Positions 1 through 11,556 are shown, counted from the stretch's first letter. The stretch: 64,000 nucleotides of DNA from an uncultured cyanobacterium (GCA_963744145.1 CAVUSO010000001.1:3168001-3232000); one strand, 5' to 3'. The notes: generated by a model from the letters alone, not told the origin. Numbers and translations: made by a program.

Positions 1-135
1 TTTGATAGCTAAATGATGGATAAGAGTTGATTGTTTTCATTTTAATTACCTCAATGAGCTAGACGCTTGAATTTGATAACCATGATTTTTTTCTGAACTA
101 GCTTTTCAATTTGCAATCCTCTATTCAAAAATTAA

Positions 136-2692
136 TCATCGCTGCCAAAGGATGCGTGTGTCTTCCAACGGGAGCGTCATGCCGTTATAGTGCGGTAGGA
201 TGCGTGCCGTATAGTCCGTGGCTGGGCGTGTGGTGGGCACCTGTGCGCTAAAGCTGTAACCGTTTACCCAACCGTTGACCTTGTCCAATGGCTGATCGCG
301 TTTCATCGCCCGCAGTTCCGTCTCGCTGTTGTTTACTCCATTGGCGTATAGTTCTACCCGTACACTCGTGGGGTCAAGGCTGCCGCAAGAGACCTCGACT
401 GTGAATGTGTGCATCTCTGCGTCGCTCACCACCGTCATGGCGCCGAAACGCAGTGTATTCCATTGCTGTTCCAGCTTGTGCTGCCAGGTGGCGATTTGCT
501 TGCCCACTGCGCCGTTGTTCGCCGCGCGATCGCGGTAGGTCGTTGCCGCTGGAAGGTAGTATTGCTCCGTATATGCCTGCACCGTGCGATTGGCGGAGAA
601 GCGGGGTGTCAATTGCGCCATGCTGGCTCGCATCCGCTTGACCCAGGCAATGGGGATACCACTATCGTCACGGGTATAAAACTCCGGAATCACTTCCTGC
701 TCTAGCAAGTCGTAGAGCGCATTGGCTTCCACCGCGTCCCAGGCAGGATCGTCGCCATGTTCCTGACCGTCACCCAACGCCCAGCCCACATCAGAACTGT
801 AGGCTTCCGCCCACCAGCCATCCAACTCAGAGATATTGATGCCGCCATTGACGAGCACCTTCATACCACTCGTACCGCAAGCTTCCCAGGGTCGTCGTGG
901 CGTGTTAATCCAGACATCTACCCCCTGCACCAGATGCTCGGTCAAAAGCATGTCATAATCACTGAGAAAGATTGCATGGGGGCGCATCCTGGGCTGCCGG
1001 ATGAACTGTACCCACTCCTGAATTAGGGCTTGCCCCGCCTGGTCTGCCGGGTGCGCCTTGCCAGCGATGATCAATTGTACTGGGCGCTCCGGATTGCTCA
1101 AGAGACGCAACAGGCGATCGCGATCGTGCAGCAGCAGGTTTGGTCTTTTGTAGGTCGCAAAGCGGCGGGCAAAGCCCAGTGTTAAGGCATTGGGATCAAA
1201 GAGATGCCTCGCCTGCTCAATCGTCTCAGGCAACTCACCCGCAGCAGCATAGTGCTGGGCTAAACGCTGGCGCGCATATACTACTAGAGACTTGCTAGCA
1301 GCAAGGCGAAATTGCCAAAGGGTGTTGTCGGAAACGCAACGCATATCCTGTTCGAGGGTTTCCGTCATGCCCAGCCAGCGGTCTTTGCCACAGAACTGAG
1401 TCCAGAGATCATCGGACGCAGACGAGTCCCACGTCGGCATGTGGACTCCGTTGGTCACATAACCAATGGGCACTTCGGACTCCGGCCAGCGGGGAAAAAG
1501 CGGCTCAAAAAGTTGCCGACTGACTTTTCCATGCAAGCGACTCACGCCATTCACTGCCCCGCTGCCACGGATTGCCAGATAAGCCATGTTGAAAGGCTCC
1601 GACGAATCATGCGGATTCTGGCGACCCAGAGCCAGCAAGTTGTGGACTGTAATGCCTAGCTTGTCTTGGGCATAACTACCGAGGTATTGTTTGATGATGG
1701 CTGGATCGAAGCGGTCAAAGCCAGCTGCCACTGCCGTGTGGGTGGTGAACAGGTTCCCCGATCTCGTGGCAGACAGTGCCACGTCAAACGGCTGCGCGTT
1801 TGCTTGCATGAAGCAATGGGCACGTTCCAAAATGGCGAAAGCCGCGTGTCCTTCATTGAGATGGCAGACTTCTGGCTGGATGTCGAGTGCGGCGAGCAAT
1901 CGCCAGCCACCAATGCCAAGCAGCATTTCCTGCTTGAGGCGTAACTCTGATCCGCCACCATACAGCTCGCTGGTAATGCCTCGATGGGCGGGAAAGTTGG
2001 CCGCGTCATTGCTGTCTAGCAGATAAAGTTTGACTCTGCCGACCTGAACCTGCCAGGTGCGTAGCCAAACCGAGTAACCGGGCAAGACGATCTCCAACCG
2101 CAACCACTCGCCGTTTGGGTGGCGTAACGGTGAAATTGGCAACTGTCCTGGGTCATTGTAGGGATAGAGGGCTTGCTGTGCGCCGTCCTTGTCAATCACC
2201 TGACGAAAATAGCCCTGCTGGTAGAGCAACCCTACACCAACCACTGGCACGCCCAGGTCACTAGCGGCTTTGAGCTGATCGCCAGCAACATTGCCGAGTC
2301 CGCCTGAGTAAATGGGTAACGCTTCACTCAGCATGAATTCCATACTGAAATACGCGACACATTTCAAGGGAGACTGCGGATATCGCAGCTGAAACCAGGC
2401 AGGTGCCGCTGCCCTTCTGATGCCTGATAAGTAACAGATCATCTACCTGCTTACGGAAGGCTGGATTGGCTAACAGACGCTGGAGTTTAGCCCTTGAGAC
2501 AGTCTGTAAGACTGCCCAAGGGTTTTTAGTGTACTCCCAAAGCACAGCATCAAGCTGCCGCCATACTTCATCGGTGGCATGATTCCACGCCCAGCGCAGA
2601 TCCAATGCCAGTTCAGCCAGGGCATCGAACCCCTCGCTTTCTGTAGGTAGAAGATTGTCAATGGGGTGGCTCCCACGATGATGACTGCTCAT
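136..2692 (-). pseudogene. glgP: Alpha-glucan (glycogen) phosphorylase, split by one frameshift
   Basis: ORF 2324-2692 has the N-terminus (LALDLRWAWNH); ORF 136-2442 has YFSMEF, YSGGLG, ARRFATYKR and EACGTSGMK (PLP Lys). The frames join at about 2412-2414 if one base is removed. Confidence 0.9.
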
Positions 2693-2794
2693 GTTTTCTC
2701 CTTGGGTTAGCGATTGGACAGAATCTCCAGCTACTGCGGATATATCAAGCCCATTAGTGGCTCATTGCCTGTGACCGGATGCTGCTCCAATGTT

Positions 2795-4506
2795 TCAGGC
2801 TGGTTGCCTGTTGGCACCTTCTTTCTCCTTGCGGTTTGGCTCGGAGGCGATCCCTGCCTTATGTGGTGCTGCTAACGTAGCCATGACGATCGTTTGTGCT
2901 GCCTCAAGGATTTGGCGCAGATGCTCTGCTCCCTGGAAGCTCTCCGCATAGATTTTGTAAATCGGCTCGGTGCCTGACGGACGCGCTGCGAACCAGCCGC
3001 TTTCGGTCACTACTTTCAATCCACCAATGGGAGCACCATTACCTGGTGCATGGGTGAGTATCGTCTGGATTTTTTCGCCCGCTAGTTCGGTGATCGTCAC
3101 CTGGTGTGGTGAGAGGTTTGCCAACCGTTTCTTTTCCTCTGGCGTAGCAGGTGCCTGAACGCGATCATAGGCAGGCTCGCCAAACTCCTGCGTGAGTTTG
3201 CGGTAACTTTCGCCGAGATCGTGATCCGTCCGCGCTGTGATTTCCGCTGCCAGCAAACAGGGAACAAAGCCATCCTTGTCCGTTGTCCAGACGCTGCCAT
3301 CCAGACGAATAAACACCGAACCCGCACTCTCTTCGCCCGCAAAGCCCAGCGAGCCATCCAGCAAGCCTTCCACGAACCACTTAAAGCCAACTGGCACCTC
3401 AAAGAGCTTCCTGCCAAGCTTGACTACAAGTCGGTCAATCATCTGGCTGCTCACGATCGTTTTGCCGATCGCCACTGATTCGTGCCACTGCGGTCTGTTT
3501 TGAAAAAGATAGAAAATCGCCGCACAGAGGTCGTGATTAGGCGGCAGCAAGCCCTCGCTTTTGGTCACAATCCCATGCCGATCGTGGTCGGTATCGCAGG
3601 CGAAGGACAGATCAAAACGATCCTTCATCCCAAGCAGTCGTTGCATCGCATCGGGCGAAGAGGGTCGATCCGAATCTGACCATCCCAATCCACCGTCATA
3701 AAACGAAAGGTGGGATCGATCGTTTCATTGACAACCGTTAGGTTCAAACCATAGCGCTCCGCGATTCGCGCCCAGTAGTGGACACCAGCACCGCCAAGTG
3801 GATCAACGCCGAGATGGATCTTTGCACTGCGAATACTGTCCATGTCGATCACATTGCCCAGGTCGTTGACGTAGGCGGTCACATAGTCGTGTCGATGCGT
3901 CGTGGCATTACGCAGAGCCCGCTCGTAGGGAATACGTTTCACTCCCTGGAGTCGGGCTTCGAGCAGCACATTTGCCGTCGCTTCAATCCAACCAGTGATG
4001 CTAGTGTCGGCTGGTCCGCCACTGGGTGGGTTGTATTTGAAGCCACCGTCATGGGGCGGATTGTGGGAGGGGGTGATCACAATCCCATCGGCGCATCCGC
4101 TTCTTCGCTGGCGGTTGTAGGTCAGGATCGCATGGGAAATCACTGGAGTTGGGGTGTATTCATCGCCTTCAGCAAGCATCACTTCGACGCCATTTGCCGC
4201 CAGTACCTCAAGGGCAGTGGCACAAGCCGGAACGGAAAGTGCGTGCGTATCAATGCCGAGATACAGCGGTCCAGTGATTTTTTGTCGCATACGATAGAGA
4301 CAAATCGCCTGGGTAATCGCGAGAATGTGCCATTCGTTGAAAGTCTGCTGGAACGATGAGCCACGATGTCCTGATGTGCCAAACGCCACTCGTTGTTCTG
4401 GTAGGGATGGGTCAGGGACTTCAGTGTAGTAGGCGGTGATGAGCCGTGGCACATCGACTAATATTTCCAGTGGCGCAGGCTTTCCGGCCAGGGAACTGAT
4501 TTTCAT
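2795..4506 (-). pseudogene. pgm: Phosphoglucomutase, split by a 1-bp deletion near 3662
   Basis: FGTSGHRG and TPSHNP in 3625-4506; [14 protein letters not shown] and RPSGTE in 2795-3688. The DPSSP motif is broken across frames. Confidence 0.9.
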
Positions 4507-4886
4507 GATGCTTTCCTCAAAGTCCGTGATGACCGCTCATATCCTGGGTGTCGGCGTGGCTATCGGCGATCGCCTACTCGAAGGTGGATGGATTCGATGT
4601 CATCCCCCACCCGCTATCCTTCACAATTAAACGCCGCTTGCTCCCTTCTCCTTGGGGGAGAAATGCTGGGGATGAGAGCAAAGTTAGCAACTTACGAAAG
4701 TGATATGCTCCCGTGAAAATGCTTGCTGCTATCTACTTAAAAGATGCTGGGTGAATAGGAATTATCCTGACATTTATTTCTCATTTCCATTGTTTGATTT
4801 GTTTGATTTGCTTAATATCTTGATTTTTATTGATATTAGAAATCAAGGATTCACACTCTAGGCAGAAAGTCCATTAAACATTAGTC

Positions 4887-5145
4887 CAGGACTTACGCAA
4901 CTGGCACAAATCAAATCGGTTAATAAAAGGAAAGTGAAGGTGGAATTGACATTAAAATGAAAGTATAGTAAAGTAGCCGGCCTATTTAGAAAAAAAACTA
5001 TCCATCCAGGTTGAAACGGAAATGAAATTTAGCAAATTAGATTACTGCCGCCAATATTTAATCAGTAGCCAAATCAACTATACCTTAACTGACCTAGCTG
5101 AACACTTAGAAAATATTAGCTATGACAAAATTAACCGCTATATCA
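4887..5145 (+). mobile_element. Truncated IS701-like element: left end plus transposase N-terminus
   Basis: Terminal-repeat-like CAGGACTTACGCAACTGGCAC at 4887; the ORF at 5022 begins MKFSKLDYCRQYLISSQINYTLTDLAEHLENISYDKINRY, as in cyanobacterial IS701-family transposases, then the similarity ends. Confidence 0.7.
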
Positions 5146-5174
5146 ATACTTTGATGTGGATAATCGACAAAAAA

Positions 5175-5247
5175 AAGTTTGTAACGATTTGCAAGTTTTT
5201 AGAACTAAATATACAAATTATACGCTGAACAAACTATTAGTTAAACA
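5175..5247 (+). promoter_or_regulatory. Copy 1 of a ~73-bp upstream element with an HLR1-like direct repeat
   Basis: Aligns with 10096-10168; TTTGTAAC-GA-TTTGCAAG at 5178-5195. Confidence 0.55.
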
Positions 5248-5637
5248 CGACTTCTAATCGAAGCATGTTATTACTTTAACAAGTAGTTATTAGATATAAC
5301 GGAAGTTTTACGTTGAATGGAAACAATAAATAAAAGTGGTTGGCATGATTGGCAAAACTTTGTAGTTGAGCGAAAAGTAGAAGAAAGTGGGTTTTTAGAT
5401 AAACCCTCGAAAAGGGGGAATAGGGAAAATGTAGGCTCATGCCTTGGTAAACAGACAGATAATAGCATCCACATAACCAGTCTCAAAAAGTTTACTTTCT
5501 GAGACTCACCCAAATCATGTCTCTTTTCATATCTCAAAATAGAATTCTCTCAAAGTCTAAGGAATTATGAGACATGAATCCACCACTTTTTAGCCATAAA
5601 ACTCTTAATCCCCCTTTTCGAGGGGTTATGCAAACAA

Positions 5638-5720
5638 CCCCAACCCCAGTGATTCCCCATCCGATCCTAACCTACAACCGCCAGCGAAGAAACGGATGCG
5701 CCGATGGGATTGCGATCACG
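5638..5720 (+). repeat. Inverted partial copy of pgm coding sequence
   Basis: Encodes TPTPVIPHPILTYNRQRRNGCADGIAIT, matching pgm TPTPVISHAILTYNRQRRSGCADGIVIT (about 4072-4157, minus strand). Confidence 0.9.
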
Positions 5721-5916
5721 CGCTTCAGGGCGAGTACAAGGGCGCGATCGCCTCTCCAAGATGACAATACCGAAAAAACAAGAGACGCAATAAAGACAAT
5801 CCTCTAAAACAATTGGGAACCCTCGGCTTGGGATGAAAAAGCAGCCTTGAACCACAGTGACTAAAATCTATTCCCCCTAACCGTTCTATTAAAAAAATGC
5901 CAAAGGAATACCCATT

Positions 5917-8427
5917 ATGAAACCCGTTGCCGATCGACCCAAAGCTACCAAAGCAAGTCCTGATCCGAAGGACGATCTGAAAACCCTGCCTATAGAACAA
6001 CTAAAGGCAAAACTGGAATCGTCGCCAGAGGGACTCAGTCAAGACGAGGCGAGTAAACGGCTGAAGCACTATAGCCCCAACGAGATAAAAGAAGAGAAAA
6101 CCAATCCATACCTGAAATTCCTCAGCTATTTTTGGGGACCCATTCCATGGATGATCGAGGTAGCGGTGATTCTGTCAGGTGTGGTTCGGCACTGGCCGGA
6201 TTTTTTCATCATTCTGGTGTTGCTGGTTTCCAATGCCGTGGTCGGCTTCTGGGAAGAACACGAAGCAGGGAATGCGATCGCCGCACTGAAGGCCAAGCTG
6301 TCCGTCAAGGCGCGGGTGAAACGGGATGGTAAGTGGATCACCCCGCCATCCCGTGAATTGGTACCGGGCGACGTGATCCGCTTGCGCTTGGGTGACATTG
6401 TGCCGGCAGATGCCCGCCTGTTGGAGGGTGACTCGGTAGAGGTAGATCAGTCGGCACTTACGGGCGAATCCCTGCCTGCCACTCGTAAACCAGGCGAGGC
6501 TGTCTTTTCTGGTTCAATCATTCGTCAGGGTGAAATTGATGCGCTCGTCTATGCTACGGGCACGCATACCTACTTCGGTAAGACGGCACAACTGGTGCAG
6601 ACGGCACACACCGTCAGCCATTTTCAAAAGGCGGTTTTGAAGATTGGTAATTACCTGATTCTCCTAGCTCTGGCGCTGGTGACGTTAATTATGACTGTCG
6701 CGATTTCCCGAGGAGATCCGATCCTCACCACCTTGCAGTTCGCTCTGGTGTTGACCGTGGCTGCGATTCCGGTGGCAATGCCAACGGTGCTATCGGTGAC
6801 GATGGCAGTGGGTGCGCGACTACTCGCAAAGAAACAAGCGATAGTGAGCAAGTTAGTGGCGATCGAAGAATTGGCAGGCGTGGATATGCTATGCGCGGAC
6901 AAGACGGGCACGCTGACCCAAAATAAGCTGACCCTGGGCGATCCGTTTTGCGTGAACAATATTTCCGCCGAGCAAGTAATTCTCAATGGCGCGTTGGCAT
7001 CGCGCAGTGCCAACAACGACACCATTGATCTGGCAGTTATCGGTGGACTAAAGAGTAAAGACGCGTTGCAGGGCTATCAGATTGAACATTTTCAGCCCTT
7101 CGATCCGGTGCATAAACGCACTGAGGCCACCATCAAGAGCAAGGATGGCAAAGAATTCAAAGTGACGAAGGGTGCGCCGCAGGTGATTCTGGCTCTGGAC
7201 GATAATGCAGGGCAGGTGAAGTCCGTTGTCGAAAAGGCGGTCAACGACTTCGCTGCGCGTGGCTTTCGGTCGTTGGGCGTGGCGCGAGCTGAGGGTGACG
7301 GTTCATGGCAGTTTGTGGGTGTATTGCCATTGTTTGATCCGCCCCGGGACGATGCCAAGTCAACCATTGCCACCGCCGACAAGATAGGCGTTCAGATCAA
7401 GATGGTAACGGGGGATGCCCTCGCGATCGCGCATGAAACGGCTACAAAACTGGGGATGGGTGCAAACATCCTGGATGCTAGCAGCCTAGGTGACGTTAAG
7501 CAACAGGAGACGGCTGAGTCTACGGAGTTGATCGAGAAAGCAGATGGTTTCGCCCAGGTGTTCCCCGAACACAAGTTCCACATTGTAGACGTCCTGCAAA
7601 AGCAAGGACACATTGTCGGCATGACGGGTGATGGTGTGAATGATGCTCCGGCGCTGAAGCAAGCCGATTGCGGCATTGCCGTTTCAGACGCGACCGATGC
7701 AGCGCGGGCAGCGGCAGACATCGTCTTGATGACACCGGGACTGTCGGTGATTATTGACGCGATCAAGGAGAGCCGCCGCATTTTCCAACGCATGAACAGC
7801 TATGCGATCTACCGCATCGCCGAGACACTGCGCGTGCTGTTCTTCATGACGCTGGCGATTCTGGTCTTCAATTTTTATCCCTTGACGGCAGTGATGATTG
7901 TCATGCTGGCGTTGCTCAACGACGCTGCCATCCTGTCCATCGCCTATGACAATGTTCATTACCGGGATAAGCCCGAGACATGGAATATGCGCTTGGTGCT
8001 GGGGATCGCTACGGTGCTGGGCGTCGTCGGTCCCATCGCTGCATTTGGCCTCTTCTATCTCGGTGACCAGGTTTTCCACCTTGATCGTCCCCATATTCAG
8101 ACACTGATGTATCTCATGCTGTCCGTGGCAGGACATCTGACGATCTTTCAGGCACGTACACGCGGCCCTTTCTGGTCTGTCTGTCCGGCACGGATTCTGT
8201 GGGTTGCGGTAATTGGCACGCAGATGCTAGCGACATTAATTGCGGTTTATGGGCTTTTTATGACACCGCTTGGTTGGGGCTGGGCGCTGTTCGTCTGGGG
8301 CTATGCCGTGGTTTGGTTTCTGGTGACTGACCGCGTGAAACTGCTCGCTTATTGGCTTTTGAGTGCGTCACGATCAAGACGCCAGCGTTCTCTAAAAGCA
8401 ACTTCAGTCTTCGATATTGGACTGTGA
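5917..8427 (+). CDS. Plasma-membrane proton-efflux P-type ATPase (type IIIA, Pma1-like)
   Basis: TGES, IPVAMP, DKTGTLT, KGAP and MTGDGVNDAPALK motifs; YRIA and LLND positions typical of P3A H+ pumps. Confidence 0.92.
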   Translation: MKPVADRPKATKASPDPKDDLKTLPIEQLKAKLESSPEGLSQDEASKRLKHYSPNEIKEEKTNPYLKFLSYFWGPIPWMIEVAVILSGVVRHWPDFFIILVLLVSNAVVGFWEEHEAGNAIAALKAKLSVKARVKRDGKWITPPSRELVPGDVIRLRLGDIVPADARLLEGDSVEVDQSALTGESLPATRKPGEAVFSGSIIRQGEIDALVYATGTHTYFGKTAQLVQTAHTVSHFQKAVLKIGNYLILLALALVTLIMTVAISRGDPILTTLQFALVLTVAAIPVAMPTVLSVTMAVGARLLAKKQAIVSKLVAIEELAGVDMLCADKTGTLTQNKLTLGDPFCVNNISAEQVILNGALASRSANNDTIDLAVIGGLKSKDALQGYQIEHFQPFDPVHKRTEATIKSKDGKEFKVTKGAPQVILALDDNAGQVKSVVEKAVNDFAARGFRSLGVARAEGDGSWQFVGVLPLFDPPRDDAKSTIATADKIGVQIKMVTGDALAIAHETATKLGMGANILDASSLGDVKQQETAESTELIEKADGFAQVFPEHKFHIVDVLQKQGHIVGMTGDGVNDAPALKQADCGIAVSDATDAARAAADIVLMTPGLSVIIDAIKESRRIFQRMNSYAIYRIAETLRVLFFMTLAILVFNFYPLTAVMIVMLALLNDAAILSIAYDNVHYRDKPETWNMRLVLGIATVLGVVGPIAAFGLFYLGDQVFHLDRPHIQTLMYLMLSVAGHLTIFQARTRGPFWSVCPARILWVAVIGTQMLATLIAVYGLFMTPLGWGWALFVWGYAVVWFLVTDRVKLLAYWLLSASRSRRQRSLKATSVFDIGL

Positions 8428-8545
8428 ACGGGAGCAAGGCACTGAAAAGCCCTTCCAGACAAGTAGAACATCATCTTCGAGTCCCGCTAGAACAAAGCCC
8501 TGCTGACAATGCTTTCACTATCACCACTTTGGAGCGCAATACTTT

Positions 8546-9112
8546 ATGTCTCACTACCTGGAAGCAAATGCTCATCCTTCAGACCAACAGCAAGCCGCTA
8601 AGTTACTGCGATGGCTGGGCTGGGCTGGTTTTTGGCTACAGCTTGTTTTAACCGTTGTTTCTGGACTGATTTTAGGGTTTGCGGTGCTAGATCCAAATCT
8701 CAACCTCAACCTCAAATCGGGCATCGGTTTGCTGTCCGTGCTTGGGGGCATAGCGGCGTTAGGCTTCAGCCTCTACTGGTGCTTTCGCTATGTTCGCCTT
8801 GGGCGGCAATTGGATGCAACAGAGCCTGCTTTACATCCTGGTCGCAAGGAAACCATTCAAGTGTTGCAGCTCGGTGTTTTAGTCAACTTGATAGCGATGT
8901 TATTGACGTTAGTCAGTATTGAAACGATTGTTGGCAGCCTGCTGCTCAAAACGCTATCGTTGCCACAAGGTGCGGCTGTCTATCGCACAGGGCAACTGAT
9001 TGAGCCGATCGATATTTTTGTTGTCCAGGCAAATATCAGCATGATTATGGCTCAATTTGTGGGCATCAGCATTCCCTTTTGGTTGGCAAGCCGTGTGGAA
9101 CACCGCTTATAG
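8546..9112 (+). CDS. DUF3611 family membrane protein
   Basis: GWAGFWLQLVL...IEPIDIFVVQAN pattern; about four TM helices. Confidence 0.75.
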   Translation: MSHYLEANAHPSDQQQAAKLLRWLGWAGFWLQLVLTVVSGLILGFAVLDPNLNLNLKSGIGLLSVLGGIAALGFSLYWCFRYVRLGRQLDATEPALHPGRKETIQVLQLGVLVNLIAMLLTLVSIETIVGSLLLKTLSLPQGAAVYRTGQLIEPIDIFVVQANISMIMAQFVGISIPFWLASRVEHRL

Positions 9113-9274
9113 CGATCGCTATGAGCGCTTTAATCGTGATTGCGTTGAATAATTTTCTAAGGTACTCCCTGACTGAATATAAACTATGCAACAGAGAGTA
9201 CTGTAGGATTGATTGATAAGTTATCTTAATGGCTTCATCAAGGTAGTTGAGGGGCACCACCGATATTTACCGTT

Positions 9275-9823
9275 TTAATTTGATGGTTGAGAATGAGTTT
9301 TAGGCTGTTGTTCATGTTCTTGTTTTTGTTCAGGTGTTAAGATTGCATTAAGTTGGCTTTTTTCATTTTCGTAAATTGTTTTGAGTTCTGATTTTTGGGC
9401 ACTCGTAAGAGTTAGATTAGCCTTGCGATGTTGTTTTCTAGCAATCTGAAGCTGTGTTTTTTGTTCAGCAGTAAGAACAACTGCTATTTTTTCGTGAATA
9501 GACTCATGAATTGATTTTACTTGTGATTTCTGATCATCACTCAAGTTGAGGTCAAATTTTTGTTCTGGTTCTACTATAGGTTCAAGCTGTGCTTTTTGTT
9601 CAGCAGTGAGAACAGCATCCATTTGTTGCCGAGTAGACTGATAAATTGATTTGATTTGTGATTTTTGATCGTCGCTCAGATTCAGATTTTTGAATTCATC
9701 AGCTTGTTCATCTATATGAGCTGATTCTACAATAGCAAACTCAGTGAAAGAAAAAATCACAGGTACAGCAGTAATATTTAAATCAATTACACTGGGTAAT
9801 AGAAAATAAGTTTCAAGTTGCAT
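9275..9823 (-). CDS. Spy/CpxP-like LTXXQ-repeat protein
   Basis: Three LNLSDDQKSQ...VLTAEQK-type repeats; signal region looks eroded. Confidence 0.75.
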   Translation of the reverse strand: MQLETYFLLPSVIDLNITAVPVIFSFTEFAIVESAHIDEQADEFKNLNLSDDQKSQIKSIYQSTRQQMDAVLTAEQKAQLEPIVEPEQKFDLNLSDDQKSQVKSIHESIHEKIAVVLTAEQKTQLQIARKQHRKANLTLTSAQKSELKTIYENEKSQLNAILTPEQKQEHEQQPKTHSQPSN

Positions 9824-10095
9824 GGTAAAAATCCTAATATCTTTAACCTACTTTATATGATAGTTGTTTAAATCTTTAAGCAACAGATTAAAAAGTAATT
9901 ACTTCAATAAGTAGAAAGGTCATATCTAATAGTAATAATGCAATATTTTGTACTAAATATATAGCGGGTTTACATTCTAACAATGTCAAGAAAGAGTTTA
10001 GTTATTGGGATTAAAATAATCGGAGGAAGAGGGCAGATTCTCTGGCTACAATATTCTAGCCCATCAATGGATTACACAATTGTAATTCATTGATC

Positions 10096-10168
10096 AAGTT
10101 TGTAACGATTTGTAAGCTTTTAATACTAAGTATACAAATTATACACTCATCAAACGTTTTGTTAAACA
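10096..10168 (+). promoter_or_regulatory. Copy 2 of the upstream element, before the N-ATPase operon
   Basis: TTTGTAAC-GA-TTTGTAAG at 10099-10116; reverse complement CTTACAAA-TC-GTTACAAA is one mismatch from the HLR1 consensus. Confidence 0.6.
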
Positions 10169-10284
10169 TTATTTATAACAGAAGTGTGTTAGACTGATAT
10201 TCTATTAATAAATTGATCAGACCTATTTTGTTTGTAGCAGTGCAAAAATATCCTTGCTCAAACAGCCATCTTAAGAGTTTTAAC

Positions 10285-10590
10285 ATGAACAGTCTCTTTT
10301 TTTTACCAGTTACTTTAGGATTAGGAATTTTAATAGGAAATTTTTTCTTTCGTAGTTTGTGGATGACCATCCAGAAATTACCTACAACCCAAAGCCCAAT
10401 TTTATTAACATTAGGCAGCTTTTTTGGACGGTTAGCGATCGCGATCGCTGGATTTATTTTAGTGCTAGTGATCGCTCAAGAAAACGCACTTTGGCATCTT
10501 CTCGTTTGTTTAGGTGCGTTCATTTGGGTACGCAATCACACTATTGAAAAGTTGCAGCGGAAATGGTCAAGGAGACTCAATGCAGATTAG
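10285..10590 (+). CDS. atpR: N-ATPase subunit AtpR
   Basis: Small hydrophobic protein with FFFRSLWMTIQKL and SFFGR; overlaps the atpB start. Confidence 0.8.
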   Translation: MNSLFFLPVTLGLGILIGNFFFRSLWMTIQKLPTTQSPILLTLGSFFGRLAIAIAGFILVLVIAQENALWHLLVCLGAFIWVRNHTIEKLQRKWSRRLNAD

Positions 10591-11257
10591 TCCGGATCAG
10601 ATCGTATTTTACCAGCAGGGATTTGTGTCGATTAATGCCACTCTGGTTTTTACATGGATGATCATGCTGCTGTTAGGTGTTGGTGCTTGGTTAGTGACGC
10701 GCAAACTCTCGACAGACACACAGATATCCCACTGGCAAAACCTCCTGGAAGTCTTAGTGATCAACTTACGCGATCAAATTCAGCAAACCAGTGGACAAAA
10801 TCCCGATCGCTATTTGCCCTTTGTCGGAACCCTGTTTGTTTTTATTGCTACCTCCAATCTATTAGCGATCGTTCCTGGTTATCAGGCACCTACTGCTTCA
10901 CTCTCCACCACTGCTGCTCTCGCAATCTGTGTATTTTTTTCCGTTCCTGTTTTTGGAATTAGTCAGCAAGGAATCTGGAAATATCTGCACCACTATATAG
11001 AGCCAATCCCCATCTTATTTCCCTTTTATCTAATTAGTGAACTCTCACGGACCTTAGCTTTAGCAGTACGGTTGTTTGGGAATGTGATGAGTGAAGGGAT
11101 GATTGGAGCGATTTTACTATCAATAGCGCCATTCTTCTTTCCAGTCATTATGAAGGCTTTAGGCTTATTGACAGGTTTAGTTCAAGCATATATTTTCGCA
11201 ATTTTAGCAGTTGTTTATATTGGTTCTGCCAGGAGTGAAGAAGATGGCTCAAAGTGA
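10580..11257 (+). CDS. atpB: N-ATPase subunit a
   Basis: MQISPDQIV start after AGGAG; LAVRLFGN and QAYIF motifs. Confidence 0.95.
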   Translation: MQISPDQIVFYQQGFVSINATLVFTWMIMLLLGVGAWLVTRKLSTDTQISHWQNLLEVLVINLRDQIQQTSGQNPDRYLPFVGTLFVFIATSNLLAIVPGYQAPTASLSTTAALAICVFFSVPVFGISQQGIWKYLHHYIEPIPILFPFYLISELSRTLALAVRLFGNVMSEGMIGAILLSIAPFFFPVIMKALGLLTGLVQAYIFAILAVVYIGSARSEEDGSK

Positions 11258-11552
11258 ATCACTATCTCTGATATTGGGAATTATTGGCCCCGTATCAATC
11301 TTAACCGCAGGACTGACTATGGCGATCGGATCAATCGGTCCAGCTCTCGGTGAAGGTAAATCCGTTGCTCAAGCCCTCAGTTCGATCGCTCAACAACCCG
11401 ACGAAGTAAATACCATTACCCGCACCTTATTTGTGGGATTAGCTTTTATCGAATCCGTCGCGATTTATTGCTTTGTCATCGCGTTAATTATTCTGTTTGC
11501 TAATCCATTCTGGAGCTATGTGGTCGCAGCGATCGCTAAAGCAGGAGCGTGA
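11244..11552 (+). CDS. atpE: N-ATPase subunit c
   Basis: AGGAG RBS; IGPALGEG, AQQPD, FIESVAIY and FANPF. Confidence 0.95.
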   Translation: MAQSESLSLILGIIGPVSILTAGLTMAIGSIGPALGEGKSVAQALSSIAQQPDEVNTITRTLFVGLAFIESVAIYCFVIALIILFANPFWSYVVAAIAKAGA

Positions 11553-11556
11553 GCAA

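Noticed and set aside
5271..5537. Possible transposase fragment or small genes
   Set aside because: No motif I could support.
329..8651. Many short overlapping ORFs in the GC-richer region
   Set aside because: Alternative-frame or antisense shadows of glgP, pgm and the ATPase.
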